64,000 bases of DNA from Pseudomonadota bacterium (GTDB lineage Bacteria; Desulfobacterota; Binatia; Binatales; Binataceae), in contig JAJPKA010000018.1 in assembly GCA_021323945.1 (NCBI GenBank), positions 162,853-226,852 of the forward strand, in the 5' to 3' direction. Shown in pieces: positions 47,028 to 56,935 of the stretch. A program made the position numbers and the translations under genes. Position 1 is the stretch's first letter, and every line of letters begins with the position of its first letter. The notes beneath the pieces were generated by a model, which was not told the origin of the DNA, searched no databases, and saw only the letters and a program-made list of their open reading frames with translations.

Positions 47028-48653
47028 ATGACGACCGAGGGCAATGGTGCGCGTCTGCGTTTGCTTTACGATTTGGGGTGTGCAATCACGTCGCGTATCG
47101 AATTGGATGAACTATTGCCATTTGTCATCGGCAAGTGCCGCGAAGCGCTGTCGGCCGGCGGTGCTGCCGTATTGCTATTGGACCGTGAGACTAACGAGTT
47201 CTATTTTCCCTATGTTGCGGAAAGTGATTCGGAGACCGCGCGACGACTTTCAGGTCATCGATTTTCTGCAAGTCTCGGGTTTGCCGGCTTGGCGCTGAGG
47301 ACTGGTAAATCATTAAAAATCGATCACGTCCAAAATGATCCCCGTCACTACACTGGAACGGATAAGGCTACTGGATTGGCAACCCGCAACCTTATCGCCG
47401 TTCCACTCAACTCGCTTCAGGGCCCAATCGGGGTCATTGAAGTAGTCAATCGCCTGGATGGGCAGGCATTCTCCGAAGACGACGTACATTTTCTAGAAGC
47501 TCTGTCCGGATCTATTGCCATCGCGTTGGACAACGCTCGCTTATATGCTGAGGCGCGCCAAGCCGAGGCACGATTGAGAACCCAGGTAGGAGCGTTAAGA
47601 CGAGATCTCGCCGTTCAGCTCCATTTCGAGGACATGATAGGCACCGGCCCGGCAATGGCTGAGGTGTTCCGCTTAATGGAAACCGCCGCGGGTTCCTCGA
47701 TTACGGTCTTGATAGAAGGCGAGACTGGCACGGGCAAAGAGCTCGTGGCGCGTGGCATCCACCGCGCAAGTGCACGCGCAGATGGGCCCTTCCTGGCGAT
47801 GAACTGCGCGGCGATGCCTGAGGCGCTAATGGAATCCGAATTGTTTGGGCATCGTCGAGGAGCCTTCACGGGCGCGATCCGAGATCAACCCGGCCTCTTT
47901 CGAGCTGCCTCAGGAGGAACCGTCTTCCTCGACGAGGTTGGTGAGATGCCGCCGCTGATGCAAGCGAAGCTTTTGCGCGTGCTTGAGCAGGGCGAAGTAG
48001 TACCGTTAGGCGAAAACTCTCCTACTAAAGTAGATGTCCGGATCGTGTCAGCGACGAATCGTCAATTGAGTGCGGAAGTGAAGGAAGGAAAATTCCGCAG
48101 CGACCTCTTCTATCGCCTTGCCGTGTTTCCAATTAAATTGCCGCCGCTGCGGGAAAGACGTGAAGATATTCCCGCTCTCGTCCAGCGTTTCGTCAAACGC
48201 GCGGCAGAGCGACAAGATAAGACCGTGACGGGTTTCGACGAGTCCGCATTGAGAATCCTCGTAACTTATGACTGGCCAGGAAATATTCGCGAGCTGCAGA
48301 ATGAAGTCGAGCGGGCCGTCGCGATCGCACGTGAGACAACTCTCCTCGGCGTCCAACACATTTCGAGTTCCATCCGGGAAGCCGTAAATTCATCCGGCAA
48401 GACGCAGCCGAGTAGACTCTCAGATTCGCGAGCTCCGGTAGGCGACTCGTATGGCGGCGTCTCCATTGCGATCAGCGAGCTCGTTCCTCCCAAGTATGCT
48501 GAGACGTTTCGAGAAGCGCGAGCCGCTTTTGAAGCACGTTTTATAGCTGATTCCTTGACCCGTTGTCATGGCAACGTCTCACGTGCTGCCAGGTTGATGG
48601 GGCTGTCGAGAGTCCAGCTTCAGCGAAAGCTAAAAGAATACGGTCTGCGTTAG
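47028..48653 (+). CDS. Sigma54-dependent enhancer-binding protein (GAF-AAA+-Fis HTH)
   Basis: N-terminal GAF domain, GETGTGKE, ESELFGH..GAFTGA, FLDEVGEM, FRSDLFYRL, WPGNIREL, GNVSRAARLMG. Confidence 0.96.
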   Translation: MTTEGNGARLRLLYDLGCAITSRIELDELLPFVIGKCREALSAGGAAVLLLDRETNEFYFPYVAESDSETARRLSGHRFSASLGFAGLALRTGKSLKIDHVQNDPRHYTGTDKATGLATRNLIAVPLNSLQGPIGVIEVVNRLDGQAFSEDDVHFLEALSGSIAIALDNARLYAEARQAEARLRTQVGALRRDLAVQLHFEDMIGTGPAMAEVFRLMETAAGSSITVLIEGETGTGKELVARGIHRASARADGPFLAMNCAAMPEALMESELFGHRRGAFTGAIRDQPGLFRAASGGTVFLDEVGEMPPLMQAKLLRVLEQGEVVPLGENSPTKVDVRIVSATNRQLSAEVKEGKFRSDLFYRLAVFPIKLPPLRERREDIPALVQRFVKRAAERQDKTVTGFDESALRILVTYDWPGNIRELQNEVERAVAIARETTLLGVQHISSSIREAVNSSGKTQPSRLSDSRAPVGDSYGGVSIAISELVPPKYAETFREARAAFEARFIADSLTRCHGNVSRAARLMGLSRVQLQRKLKEYGLR

Positions 48654-48951
48654 GGGACGTCACCACCAACCGGGACTCAGGCGCCAGCTGGGCGCAATGG
48701 AGAAAGCGTCCACTGGTGAGACTGTTCTCGGGTCAGGATGGCACTGATCATTCAGGCTGCCCAGCCCTGAGCCATATCGCGGATAAGGCGAGATAAGGCC
48801 GGTGCTGATAACGGGGATGCATCCAGGACGTTCGGTGCTAAGAAGCGGATACACGCCGTAGCGATCAGCAAAAAAACCACATGCTTCACCTAGTACAGGC
48901 AAGGCCAGCATATGCCTCAGTAAGCGCACCTTACCCGGTTCGTATCGCGGA

Positions 48952-48967
48952 TGGCATAGAGGTTGCG
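48952..48967 (+). promoter_or_regulatory. Putative sigma54 (-24/-12) promoter
   Basis: TGGCATAGAGGTTGCG has GG and GC at the exact spacing of the TGGCAC-N5-TTGC consensus; intergenic, 22 nt before an ATG. Confidence 0.65.
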
Positions 48968-48989
48968 CTACAGGCGTGCGAGAAACGTT

Positions 48990-49250
48990 ATGCGAAAATC
49001 ATCGCTCCCCAAGCCGTTGATCGCTGCCCTAATCGAAATCGCGAGGGTTCGCTTCGAACTTTTTCACGACCAGTTCGGCCGCGACCCTGAACCTGATGAG
49101 CCCTTGCTGTTCGATCCAAAAAAATGCGTGCCAACCGCGTGTACCAAGGCTGAAGGGCGACTGCAGCTCTTGAGCGCGGCGCTGGCGAGTGACGTTGATC
49201 CCGCCCCGGTTTTGGGCTTGCTTGGTTACGAATTGTCAGCTGACACCTGA
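48990..49250 (+). CDS. Hypothetical 86-aa protein
   Basis: MRKSSLPKPLIAALIEIARVRFELFHDQFGRDPEPDEPLLFDP...; protein-like composition; fills the gap downstream of the sigma54 motif. Confidence 0.6.
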   Translation: MRKSSLPKPLIAALIEIARVRFELFHDQFGRDPEPDEPLLFDPKKCVPTACTKAEGRLQLLSAALASDVDPAPVLGLLGYELSADT

Positions 49251-49295
49251 GCGCCTAAGACAGTCTAAGTTGGTGAGGCAGGGGAGAAACGGGAG

Positions 49296-50099
49296 TTATT
49301 TGGGCATGGTTTCGCCTTGGGTTGCCGTCATACGCCGCCAGTGGGTAAAGGGTTCGACCAAATCGATCGGCAGCGGAAAAATCGTGGTTGAGTTCTTTTC
49401 AGTTGCGATCTCGGCCAGCGTCTGTAAGTAACGCAACTGGAGGGTGATAGGGTTGCTACTCATGATTTGGGCTGCATCCGCCAGGCGCTGAGCCGCCTGA
49501 AACTCACCCTCGGCCGCGATAATTTTGGCCCTTCGATCACGCTCCGCCTCGGCCTGCCGAGCTATCGCTCGTTGCATGTCCTGAGGTAGGTCGATGTTGC
49601 GGAGTTCGACCAGCACTACTTTGATACCCCATGGCTCGGTGTGCTGATCGATAATTTTCTGCACCGTCATACTGATCGCTTCACGTTGGCTAAGTATTTC
49701 ATCCAGCTCGTGTTGGCCCGCAGTGGCACGAAGCGTGGTGAGGGCAAGCTCCCGCGTGGCAAAGCGGTAATCAGCCACTTCGTTCACCGCCTTGGGTGCG
49801 TCGATGACTCTGAAATACAGCACTGCGCTCAGCTTGGCGCTGATATTGTCGCGGGTGATAACATCTTGCGCGGCAATTTCCAAAGTAGTGACACGGAGAT
49901 CGACTCGTACCCATCGTTCCAGAATTGGAATAATGAAGACGATGCCGGGTCCTCGTTCGGGCATCAGACGGCCAAGACGAAACACTACGCCGCGCTCATA
50001 CTCGTAAAGCACTCTGATCCCGCTCAGGATGACCGCAATCGCGACCAGGATTGCGATTCCAAGCCCGGTTCCCATGTTGATCTTCCTCCGCTTCAGCAC
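49296..50099 (-). CDS. Slipin/SPFH (stomatin-like) protein
   Basis: [44 protein letters not shown]. The start may be the downstream ATG (MGTGLG). Confidence 0.95.
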   Translation of the reverse strand: MLKRRKINMGTGLGIAILVAIAVILSGIRVLYEYERGVVFRLGRLMPERGPGIVFIIPILERWVRVDLRVTTLEIAAQDVITRDNISAKLSAVLYFRVIDAPKAVNEVADYRFATRELALTTLRATAGQHELDEILSQREAISMTVQKIIDQHTEPWGIKVVLVELRNIDLPQDMQRAIARQAEAERDRRAKIIAAEGEFQAAQRLADAAQIMSSNPITLQLRYLQTLAEIATEKNSTTIFPLPIDLVEPFTHWRRMTATQGETMPK

Positions 50100-51463
50100 C
50101 GCTGCTGCAATCGATTGTTCAAGCGCACCTGGCCTTTGGTCTCTGTCACCTCGAGTTCCAAGCCACGGATTGACCGCACTTGTACCGTTGCGCCACGTTT
50201 AATTGGGGTGTCGCTCACCGCCCGCCATAATTCGCCATGAACGCGTACGCGCCCCGCAGTTTCGGGTGCAATAGCCTCGAGCACTTCTCCCAGTTCACCG
50301 ATCAGTCCTTCTCGCCCGCTGATCGCCGGCCGTCGCCGCTCGCGCATGACTATGTAGCCAAGCCCTAGAATTAGGGCGCTGAAAATTATCGTGACCACTG
50401 CTATCGCGCCGCGATTCACCGCCAGATCGGTCTGTGACGTATCGATCAAAAACAGCGAGCCGAGCGCAAAAGCGAACACCCCGCCGATTCCCAACACGCC
50501 ATAACTGGTGACAAATAGCTCCGAGATGAGAAGTCCCGTCCCCAACAGCAACAACAACAAACCCGCCGTATTTAACGGAATGAATTCGAATGAGGCTAGC
50601 GCGAGTAACAAACAGATCGCGCCGGCCACGCCTGGGAGGTACACGCCTGGATGGGCAAATTCGAAATATAACCCTAGCAGCCCTCCGATCATTAACAGAT
50701 ACATAAGGTTTGGATCGGCTAAGCGGTTAAGGATGCTTTGACCAAGACGCATCTCGCGCCGATATATCGTTGCGTCTGTCAGCGCCAGCACAACTTTTTT
50801 GTCGCCCGGAAGTGATACTCGGCGGCCGCTTGCCATCACAAGCAGGTCGTGCAAGCTGGGTGCAACCAAATCAATCACGTGGAGCTTTAATGCCTCGCGC
50901 TCGTCAATCGCGCTACTATGGCGTACGGCCTCTTCCATCCAAGATTCATTGCGGCCTCGTTGATGAGTGATCGCTTTGGCGAAGGACGCGGTAAAGTTCT
51001 CAATTTTTTGTCCTAAAGCACCTTGTAAAGCACCGCCACCGATTTCGAGTGGATGTGCTGCCCCGATGGTTGTGCCCGGCGCCATTGCGGCGATGTTGGC
51101 GGCTTCGACAATGAAGGTTCCTGCTGAAGCGGCGCTGGCTCCGGAGGGAGTGACATAAGTGATTACCGGTACCCGCGAATTGAGCAAGGCTTTGACCATT
51201 TCCCGAGCGGAGCTAAGCAAGCCGCCCGGAGTGTCGATTTCGATAACTAACGCAGAGGCGTTGTCGGCTTCGGCCTGTCTTATTGAATCGGTGACAAAAT
51301 CGGCTGACGCTGGATTAATGGGTCCGGTGATTTCGATGAGATCGACGTGTCGTGCAATGTTCGACTTTTCGGCGCTCGCCGCTGGTCCGGCCGATAGCTG
51401 ACCTTCGACCAGAATTGCCAACAGCGCGGCTACCACCAGGCTAAGACACCGGCTCGCATTCAC
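50093..51463 (-). CDS. nfeD: NfeD-family membrane-bound serine protease
   Basis: [29 protein letters not shown] block, C-terminal OB-fold [12 protein letters not shown]; paired with slipin. Confidence 0.93.
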   Translation of the reverse strand: MNASRCLSLVVAALLAILVEGQLSAGPAASAEKSNIARHVDLIEITGPINPASADFVTDSIRQAEADNASALVIEIDTPGGLLSSAREMVKALLNSRVPVITYVTPSGASAASAGTFIVEAANIAAMAPGTTIGAAHPLEIGGGALQGALGQKIENFTASFAKAITHQRGRNESWMEEAVRHSSAIDEREALKLHVIDLVAPSLHDLLVMASGRRVSLPGDKKVVLALTDATIYRREMRLGQSILNRLADPNLMYLLMIGGLLGLYFEFAHPGVYLPGVAGAICLLLALASFEFIPLNTAGLLLLLLGTGLLISELFVTSYGVLGIGGVFAFALGSLFLIDTSQTDLAVNRGAIAVVTIIFSALILGLGYIVMRERRRPAISGREGLIGELGEVLEAIAPETAGRVRVHGELWRAVSDTPIKRGATVQVRSIRGLELEVTETKGQVRLNNRLQQRC

Positions 51464-51666
51464 GCTTATTACCCAAGGCTTTGACTTGAGGTTGCTGCCC
51501 CGAGTTAATCGAATACCCTTCTAGAGCCAGCAGAGAAAGGTTACTTCCGATATCAGGACCCTAAAGCTGCCGAAACTGCCCTATACCGCCGGGCAAACAA
51601 TCAGAAATGCTGCTTTCGGGCCTTCTCGACCTGCCGCGATAGCCTTTGAATCCCGCCTGCTCTTAA

Positions 51667-52572
51667 TTATCGGCGTGTACCTCGCGGGGGAAGCGGATGG
51701 CCCAAAAACTTCATCACTTCCTGTATATCTGCCCATACGAGTCGCTTGTCCGTTGGATTGCGTAGAAGATAGGCAGGATGGAACGTGGGCATCATTTTAA
51801 TCCCACGGACTTCGTGCCATTTGCCGCGCAACTTGCTGATAGGGGCCTTAACCTTGAGTAAAGCTTGGACCGCGAAATTCCCCAAGCCGACGATAACTTT
51901 GGGACGTATCAGGTCAATCTGGCGAAAGAGAAAAGGCTCGCAGGCACTGACCTCATCTGGTTCGGGATTTCGGTTGTCAGGTGGTCGACATTTAATAACG
52001 TTACATATGTACACGTCGCGACGCGAGATGCCGATACCACGTTCGATAATGTCGGTCAACAGCTGTCCGGCTCGGCCGACGAAGGGCTCGCCCTGTAAGT
52101 CCTCATCGGCACCCGGAGCTTCGCCGACAAACATTAGCTCCGCTTTAGGATTGCCAACGCCAAACACCAGATTGGTCCGTTGAGGGGCAAGCTTGCAGCG
52201 AGTGCACGAGCCAATGAAATCGCGCAGCATGGCCAGATCCCGAGTCTTCTCGAGGCCCGGGTATCGGTAAAATAACTCGCCAGGGACACTGGGCCGCAAT
52301 AAGCTCGGCGCTGAGGCTGGCAGCTGGTCGGCCAGAGACTGTGGCCCGGTTGAACCACCGGAGTTAACTTTGCTTACTTCCCTACGAAGTGAAGACGTGT
52401 TTGCGCTGCTCGGGTTCGGGTTTGGCAGACCATCAATTCCCTCTTCGCGCAATTGCTCCAGATAGTCCCGCAAGGAGGCGAGAAGCAGAGTGCGATCGGG
52501 CGGCATTTGCTGCATGGCGATTGGCTGGTGTGATATCAATTCGGGTACATTATTGCAGTGGCTTGCTGCCAT
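51667..52572 (-). CDS. Uracil-DNA glycosylase family 4 (Fe-S)
   Basis: [39 protein letters not shown]. Start uncertain. Confidence 0.94.
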   Translation of the reverse strand: MAASHCNNVPELISHQPIAMQQMPPDRTLLLASLRDYLEQLREEGIDGLPNPNPSSANTSSLRREVSKVNSGGSTGPQSLADQLPASAPSLLRPSVPGELFYRYPGLEKTRDLAMLRDFIGSCTRCKLAPQRTNLVFGVGNPKAELMFVGEAPGADEDLQGEPFVGRAGQLLTDIIERGIGISRRDVYICNVIKCRPPDNRNPEPDEVSACEPFLFRQIDLIRPKVIVGLGNFAVQALLKVKAPISKLRGKWHEVRGIKMMPTFHPAYLLRNPTDKRLVWADIQEVMKFLGHPLPPRGTRR

Positions 52573-52637
52573 GTCATCGCGGATAATTCAATATGTCCAA
52601 CTCTGGCGGCCGATAATGCCATAGCTTAATCATCTAC

Positions 52638-52666
52638 TTGCAACGAGCTGCAGGGACGGGTAGCAA
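52638..52666 (+). promoter_or_regulatory. Possible sigma70-type promoter for tRNA-Phe
   Basis: TTGCAA-N17-TAGCAA, 11 nt upstream of the tRNA. Confidence 0.35.
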
Positions 52667-52677
52667 TAGAGCGCTGT

Positions 52678-52750
52678 GGGCAGGTAGCTCAGTCGGTAGA
52701 GCAGAAGACTGAAAATCTTCGTGTCGGCAGTTCGATTCTGCCCCTGCCCA
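52678..52750 (+). tRNA. tRNA-Phe(GAA)
   Basis: Acceptor stem GGGCAGG/CCTGCCC, D arm AGCTCAGTCGGTAGAGC, anticodon arm AAGA-CTGAAAA-TCTT (GAA at 52711-52713), T loop GTTCGATT; followed by CCT rather than CCA. Confidence 0.98.
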
Positions 52751-53087
52751 CCTCATGAGTACTGGCTTTCTGGTCTATGGCTTTTCAGCCGGCTCGAGCC
52801 GGAGGCTAGGTAGCGCAGGCGAAGAGTCGGAGCCGGTTGTTCCACCTACAGTCCCCGCATGTAGAGATGATAGCCCAGCGCCATGAGAGATTGCCGGAGG
52901 GATAACGCATTGCGCTGAAAGGCGGCAGTCGTTGGTCAAGTGCGTCAATGCCGCTGGGTACGTGATGCGGAGCAGCTTGGTACGTGCCGATATCTGCCAC
53001 GGAAGCGAGCATAGTTAATCATTTCCCATCGGTTTAAACAGTGCCCGTGACTGTAAGTAAGATGCTCTACCGCCATCGGAGAGATCG

Positions 53088-53803
53088 TCAGGACAAAACC
53101 CCAGCGAGACCGATGCTGCTCGAATGGCCCTCTGTCACTGCAATTTGGCGGTCGGATCTCGCCCAAAGCCGAATACCAATCACGATGACGAATAGTGAAA
53201 GCCCGAGCGGTAGTGCGATTTGGTTTAATTCCAAACCGACCAGCTCCGCGCCGCTGAGAACGAAGGCGAAAATTACGACGGTCATGCCGAGAAGCCGCGA
53301 TGCCGAGCGGGCCCTGGCTTGCCCGGATACAGCTAGGCGCCGAGCCAGCAAAATAATAACCGTCGAAACCATCTACCAACAGCATCCCCAATGAAAAAGC
53401 GGCTCCAGTGACAAGTGCATTACTCTGCCCTGCAAGCATAAGGGCGGAAAGCTGAGAAGTTGTTTCAAATCCCGCCGCCAGCGAAATGCCTAAGACGAAC
53501 GGCCGAGCAATGGCGAAATGCTTTCGACTGATAACCTGGTTAACGCCACGAATGAGCCTCCACAGATTCAGCCCCACCTGTCAAGACCAAGGACTAAAGT
53601 CCCAGAAACGCAAACCTAATTGGCGAGGACCCTTCCTATGCCGATGGCTAAAGAATCACAACCAGGCCTTGACCCAGGGCGAAGAAAAGGCCGTTGCTGA
53701 CACGAGGGCGAATGCGCGCGAGACCGTTAATGGCGGCCAAGTGATCGGAGTCAGTGCCCTGGCGCATGCCTAAAGCGAAGGCCACGATTATTACGGCATT
53801 CAT
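53088..53803 (-). pseudogene. Disrupted HoxN/HupN/NixA (NiCoT) nickel/cobalt permease
   Basis: ATG 53803 gives MNAVIIVAFALGMRQGTDSDHLAAIN...FFALGQGLVVIL* (stop at 53648-53650). Later pieces in other frames read GLNLWRL, GFETTSQ and FSLGMLLVDGFDG, and a final frame ends at 53088. These match the NiCoT motifs GLRHxxDxDHxAAID, FxxGHS, GFDTATE and GMxLxD. Confidence 0.85.
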
Positions 53804-53974
53804 GTGTCGACTGGGAGTTATGCTCGGACGCCAGCGTCGCCCAAAAGATTCAACTGATGCGACTCGCCAGCGCCGTGGCTGCGCCTGCAGGGGAATGAAG
53901 ACTGAGAAAAAATTACTGCGTCCTCACCGTCCGGTAGATGGCCGGGTTGTTCATTTCTTGGCTGTCGAGACTTC

Positions 53975-54328
53975 CTAAACTGCCTCAAGCCGTGCCCTCA
54001 CGGCACGCATGCGCTGGGCAAGATCGGTTTCACTTACCAGACCGCGGCTCAGCATGACGTGAACCAATGCGAGCAGCTGACGCTCTGGTGCAGGAACGTC
54101 GCGATAGACAGTCTCCCCGAGCTCATCTTCGGCCCGGCGCCAGTCGAGTAGCGGAAGAACGCCATTGGCCACGAGACAGTCGCACATGGCTGTGAGGCTT
54201 GTTTTCCACGGTGGATTCGGGTTGGTAACTCCGTAACGTGGCGCAAGGGTCTTCCAGGTTTTGTCCTGGTTACGGAGAGCCTCGAGCAACTGAAACGGGC
54301 CCCGTTCGACGTCGTCCTTGTCGCTCAT
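53975..54328 (-). CDS. Thiocyanate hydrolase activator/metallochaperone (P15K-like; beta-subunit paralogue)
   Basis: 117 aa directly after scnC. PW..SL.A.CDCL, RRAEDELGETVY and L.....L..RG....L resemble the ScnB core. ATG follows GGAG. Confidence 0.75.
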   Translation of the reverse strand: MSDKDDVERGPFQLLEALRNQDKTWKTLAPRYGVTNPNPPWKTSLTAMCDCLVANGVLPLLDWRRAEDELGETVYRDVPAPERQLLALVHVMLSRGLVSETDLAQRMRAVRARLEAV

Positions 54329-54347
54329 CGATATTTCTCCCTTAGCG

Positions 54348-55064
54348 TTAAGAACGTTGGACCGGTCGGCGTGCCTTCTGAACTGGATGGACGTCTGCGG
54401 TCCTGCCTGGCCGTGGCAGGGCGACGCCAATCATGCAGTCGCGCGTGACGATGGCCGCCAACTGCTCTTCGGTCCAATTCTCAGTGCCTTCGGGACGCAT
54501 GGGGAGGACCATGAAGCGGCATTTCTGATTGGAATCCTCGACCCGTATCTCAACCTCAGGAGGGAGTATCAGACCGAACTCGGCGAGTACCTGGCGGGGC
54601 CAGCGGACCAGCCGCCGTCGGTAATTTGTTGTACGATACCATTCGGGCGACATCCCGAGCAGCGGGCGTGGATAACACGAACAGAGTGTGCAAACGATCA
54701 CATGATGCAGCGTTGGAGTGTCCTCGAGGACGCGCAGGTTCATATAGTCGCTGGGAGTGCCGAAGCCGGTAGGCTCAGCCCAATCGATCCCGATCTCTTT
54801 GCAGGCTTTAACCGCGTCCTCCAGTAGACGTTTTTTAAAAGCAGGATCGGTCCACGCTTTAGCAACCAACCGGGAACCTGCGGCGGGCCCAATCGACTCA
54901 GCCCATTCAGTAAATCTCCGATGGTCCTCGGCCGTAAAAAGGCCGTGCTCAATTGCAAGCTCGCGCACCGCAATTTCGAGAACCTCGAAGTCGGTTATTT
55001 CTTCCACCATCGGCGCAGCGGGATGGTCGCCCCCGCCATCCCCAGGCGAGTGTGTATGGCTCAT
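54348..55064 (-). CDS. scnC: Thiocyanate hydrolase gamma subunit (Co-binding; NHase alpha homologue)
   Basis: APMVEEITDFEVLEIAVRELAIE, FGTPSDY, VCTLCSCYPRP, SPEWYR..NYRRRLVRWPRQVLAEFG, DSNQK; matches my recollection of Thiobacillus ScnC motifs. Confidence 0.92.
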   Translation of the reverse strand: MSHTHSPGDGGGDHPAAPMVEEITDFEVLEIAVRELAIEHGLFTAEDHRRFTEWAESIGPAAGSRLVAKAWTDPAFKKRLLEDAVKACKEIGIDWAEPTGFGTPSDYMNLRVLEDTPTLHHVIVCTLCSCYPRPLLGMSPEWYRTTNYRRRLVRWPRQVLAEFGLILPPEVEIRVEDSNQKCRFMVLPMRPEGTENWTEEQLAAIVTRDCMIGVALPRPGRTADVHPVQKARRPVQRS

Positions 55065-55093
55065 GATCTTACTTCCTTTCCATTTCGCTCCGG

Positions 55094-55420
55094 TCAGCTA
55101 TCGACCGGCTCAAGCCAGCGCTCGGGAGATTCGGTCTGAAGCGAGTCGTTTTCGAACGGGTATTCAGGCCAGAGATCCTTCTGCCGGAAGCGTACGATGT
55201 AGTATTGTTCCAGCCGGCCGTCCCGATTGAAGGCCTCATCTTCGGGGAGAACGTCCTGATAGGTTAATGCTGCGATTGTGCCCACTGCGCCACGGACATA
55301 CATTTGCGTGCGGCTGTAGAACAGGTTCGGCAGGTCCTTGACGCGCACGCGGTCGCCGACCTTGAAACGAGCCTCGACCGCCCTCGTACGGTTTTTTGCT
55401 GAAGGCTTATTGCTTGGCAT
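55094..55420 (-). CDS. scnA: Thiocyanate hydrolase alpha subunit (NHase beta C-terminal homologue)
   Basis: FKVGDRVRVKDLPNLFYSRT..YVRG, EDEAF, QKDLWPEY, PERWLE; overlaps the scnB stop. Confidence 0.9.
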   Translation of the reverse strand: MPSNKPSAKNRTRAVEARFKVGDRVRVKDLPNLFYSRTQMYVRGAVGTIAALTYQDVLPEDEAFNRDGRLEQYYIVRFRQKDLWPEYPFENDSLQTESPERWLEPVDS

Positions 55421-55832
55421 AGCGGGCTTTCACCTCGGCGATCTTTTCGATCAGTTCCGTCAATGACACATGGTTTTTATCCACGAGCATTCGAGCTGCC
55501 GCCAAAATCCATCGCCCGTAATAGGGGATGCCGAGATAGAGCGTATAGCCCAGATCATTGTCGGCGCGCCGACGCCTTTCCTCCGAGTTCCAGATACCTC
55601 TCCAGCCAAGAACTTCGCACGTAACATACGTGTTCAGTTCCCATTGCTCCTCCTCCTTTTCTTCATAGACCCCGGGCGCGTCGAATTGGCCGCCAACATC
55701 ATGGGGTGGATGCAAGTAAGCCTTGAAAAGGGCGCTGTCCACCTCATAATTCCAGTTCTGCGGCAGATGAAGCGCGGGCTGGATGGCGCCGATAAGTTCC
55801 AGCTGCTGGCGAAGCTCGTCTCGCACGGCCAC
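55407..55832 (-). CDS. scnB: Thiocyanate hydrolase beta subunit (NHase beta N-terminal homologue)
   Basis: QPALH, PHDVGG, EKEEEQWELNT..TCE.L.WRG.W..EERRR, YLG.PYYGRW..AAR.LVDK. GTG 55832 follows GAGGAGG; the ORF-track start at 56153 is too long. Confidence 0.9.
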   Translation of the reverse strand: MAVRDELRQQLELIGAIQPALHLPQNWNYEVDSALFKAYLHPPHDVGGQFDAPGVYEEKEEEQWELNTYVTCEVLGWRGIWNSEERRRRADNDLGYTLYLGIPYYGRWILAAARMLVDKNHVSLTELIEKIAEVKARYAKQ

Positions 55833-55873
55833 TTTATGGAGCCTCCTCTTCCTCTCCGGCTGAGATTGACGGT

Positions 55874-55903
55874 TTAATACCGTATTCGACGTTTTTACGT
55901 CAA
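55874..55903 (-). promoter_or_regulatory. Putative sigma70-type promoter of the scn operon
   Basis: Minus strand TTGACG-N18-TATTAA, about 40 nt upstream of the scnB start, overlapped by dyad symmetries. Confidence 0.45.
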
Positions 55904-56296
55904 AATCATCTCTTCTCGCAATATCCGATTGTCGCGAGATTTTCCTGACTACAGGAGGGTTCGACTCGATATTGTTCGTGGCTCGAACGAAGCAGATACA
56001 AGTGGTGCTAAGTGGCCGAAGCAGTAGTTTTGGGGAAAAGGTTCTGTTCTGCGATTGTACGTTCGCAAATCGCAGTCTGGTTGGTCTTTGACCGGCGGAG
56101 AACGCTGCACGACCCCCGCAAAAACAGCGGCCCGAAAATCGCATAGACGCCATATAGGCGTGGATACTTGGCCGACGCCGTGAGCTCCAACGGTTGCGCG
56201 GGACCGGCGCAGCTTGGAGACGCGTATTAGGGTCGAAATATGCGGTTAAGCTGGTAGTCCGCTTACCGCATTACCGATTAGGGTCCCCAGTGCGCC

Positions 56297-56935
56297 GTGC
56301 AAAGTTCAGCCCGCGATCTCAATCGGAACGAACATATGAGCGACGCTGCTATGAAACTTAAAACATTTGTGATGAAGCTACGGTCGCGCGCACCGGCAGT
56401 GTCTTCCAAAGTGATACGGACAGCGACACTCCTCCTGATTATCTGTCTGATAACGGTACCAGCTCATTCACAGCGGACTGTTCCCGCCCAGGCTTTGTCC
56501 GCCCACAGTCCCAATGGGGGTTGGTGGACCATCGAAGATGTTTATTCTGCCGCAAAACCGCTATTGGATCCCGATGACGCTGCACGCGGTCACTTTGATG
56601 CATCGCAAACTCCGGAAACCAAGGCGAAGGACTACCCGGACCCTCGACTGCGATTTAACTGGACCAATGTTTCTGCAAACGTTGGCGCAGAGGCCTATGC
56701 CGCAGCCTTGCTAAATACCGAGTACATGAGGATAAATTGGACGCTTTATAGAGGTCTGGCCTTCGCTTCGCTGAACACCAACTATGCCGCTTGGCTCGTT
56801 GGTCTTTCGGATTCCCGATCTCTAACGAACGTTAACGGGATGATTGTCTATCCGCTTTTCGAAATTGACTATGCGCAGTGGCGTCTGCCGGTCGCGCTGT
56901 GCGTACCACCGGCGCGCGAAAGCGGGGTGAAATGA
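56297..56935 (+). CDS. Hypothetical exported protein
   Basis: Signal-like segment ATLLLIICLITVPAHS; ATGA-coupled to the downstream TPR gene. The true start is probably a later ATG (56351 or 56372). Confidence 0.6.
   Translation: MQSSARDLNRNEHMSDAAMKLKTFVMKLRSRAPAVSSKVIRTATLLLIICLITVPAHSQRTVPAQALSAHSPNGGWWTIEDVYSAAKPLLDPDDAARGHFDASQTPETKAKDYPDPRLRFNWTNVSANVGAEAYAAALLNTEYMRINWTLYRGLAFASLNTNYAAWLVGLSDSRSLTNVNGMIVYPLFEIDYAQWRLPVALCVPPARESGVK

Noticed and set aside
52751..53087. Integrase remnant or attachment-site duplication next to tRNA-Phe
   Set aside because: No tyrosine- or serine-recombinase motifs in the frames I read, and no second copy of the tRNA 3' end was noticed in the window.
54348..55832. 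Ordinary two-subunit nitrile hydratase
   Set aside because: The split beta subunit, the B-A-C order and the YPRP / EERRR residues fit thiocyanate hydrolase better.
55833..56153. Long N-terminal extension of ScnB in the ORF track
   Set aside because: A strong RBS precedes GTG 55832, and the extension covers promoter-like DNA.
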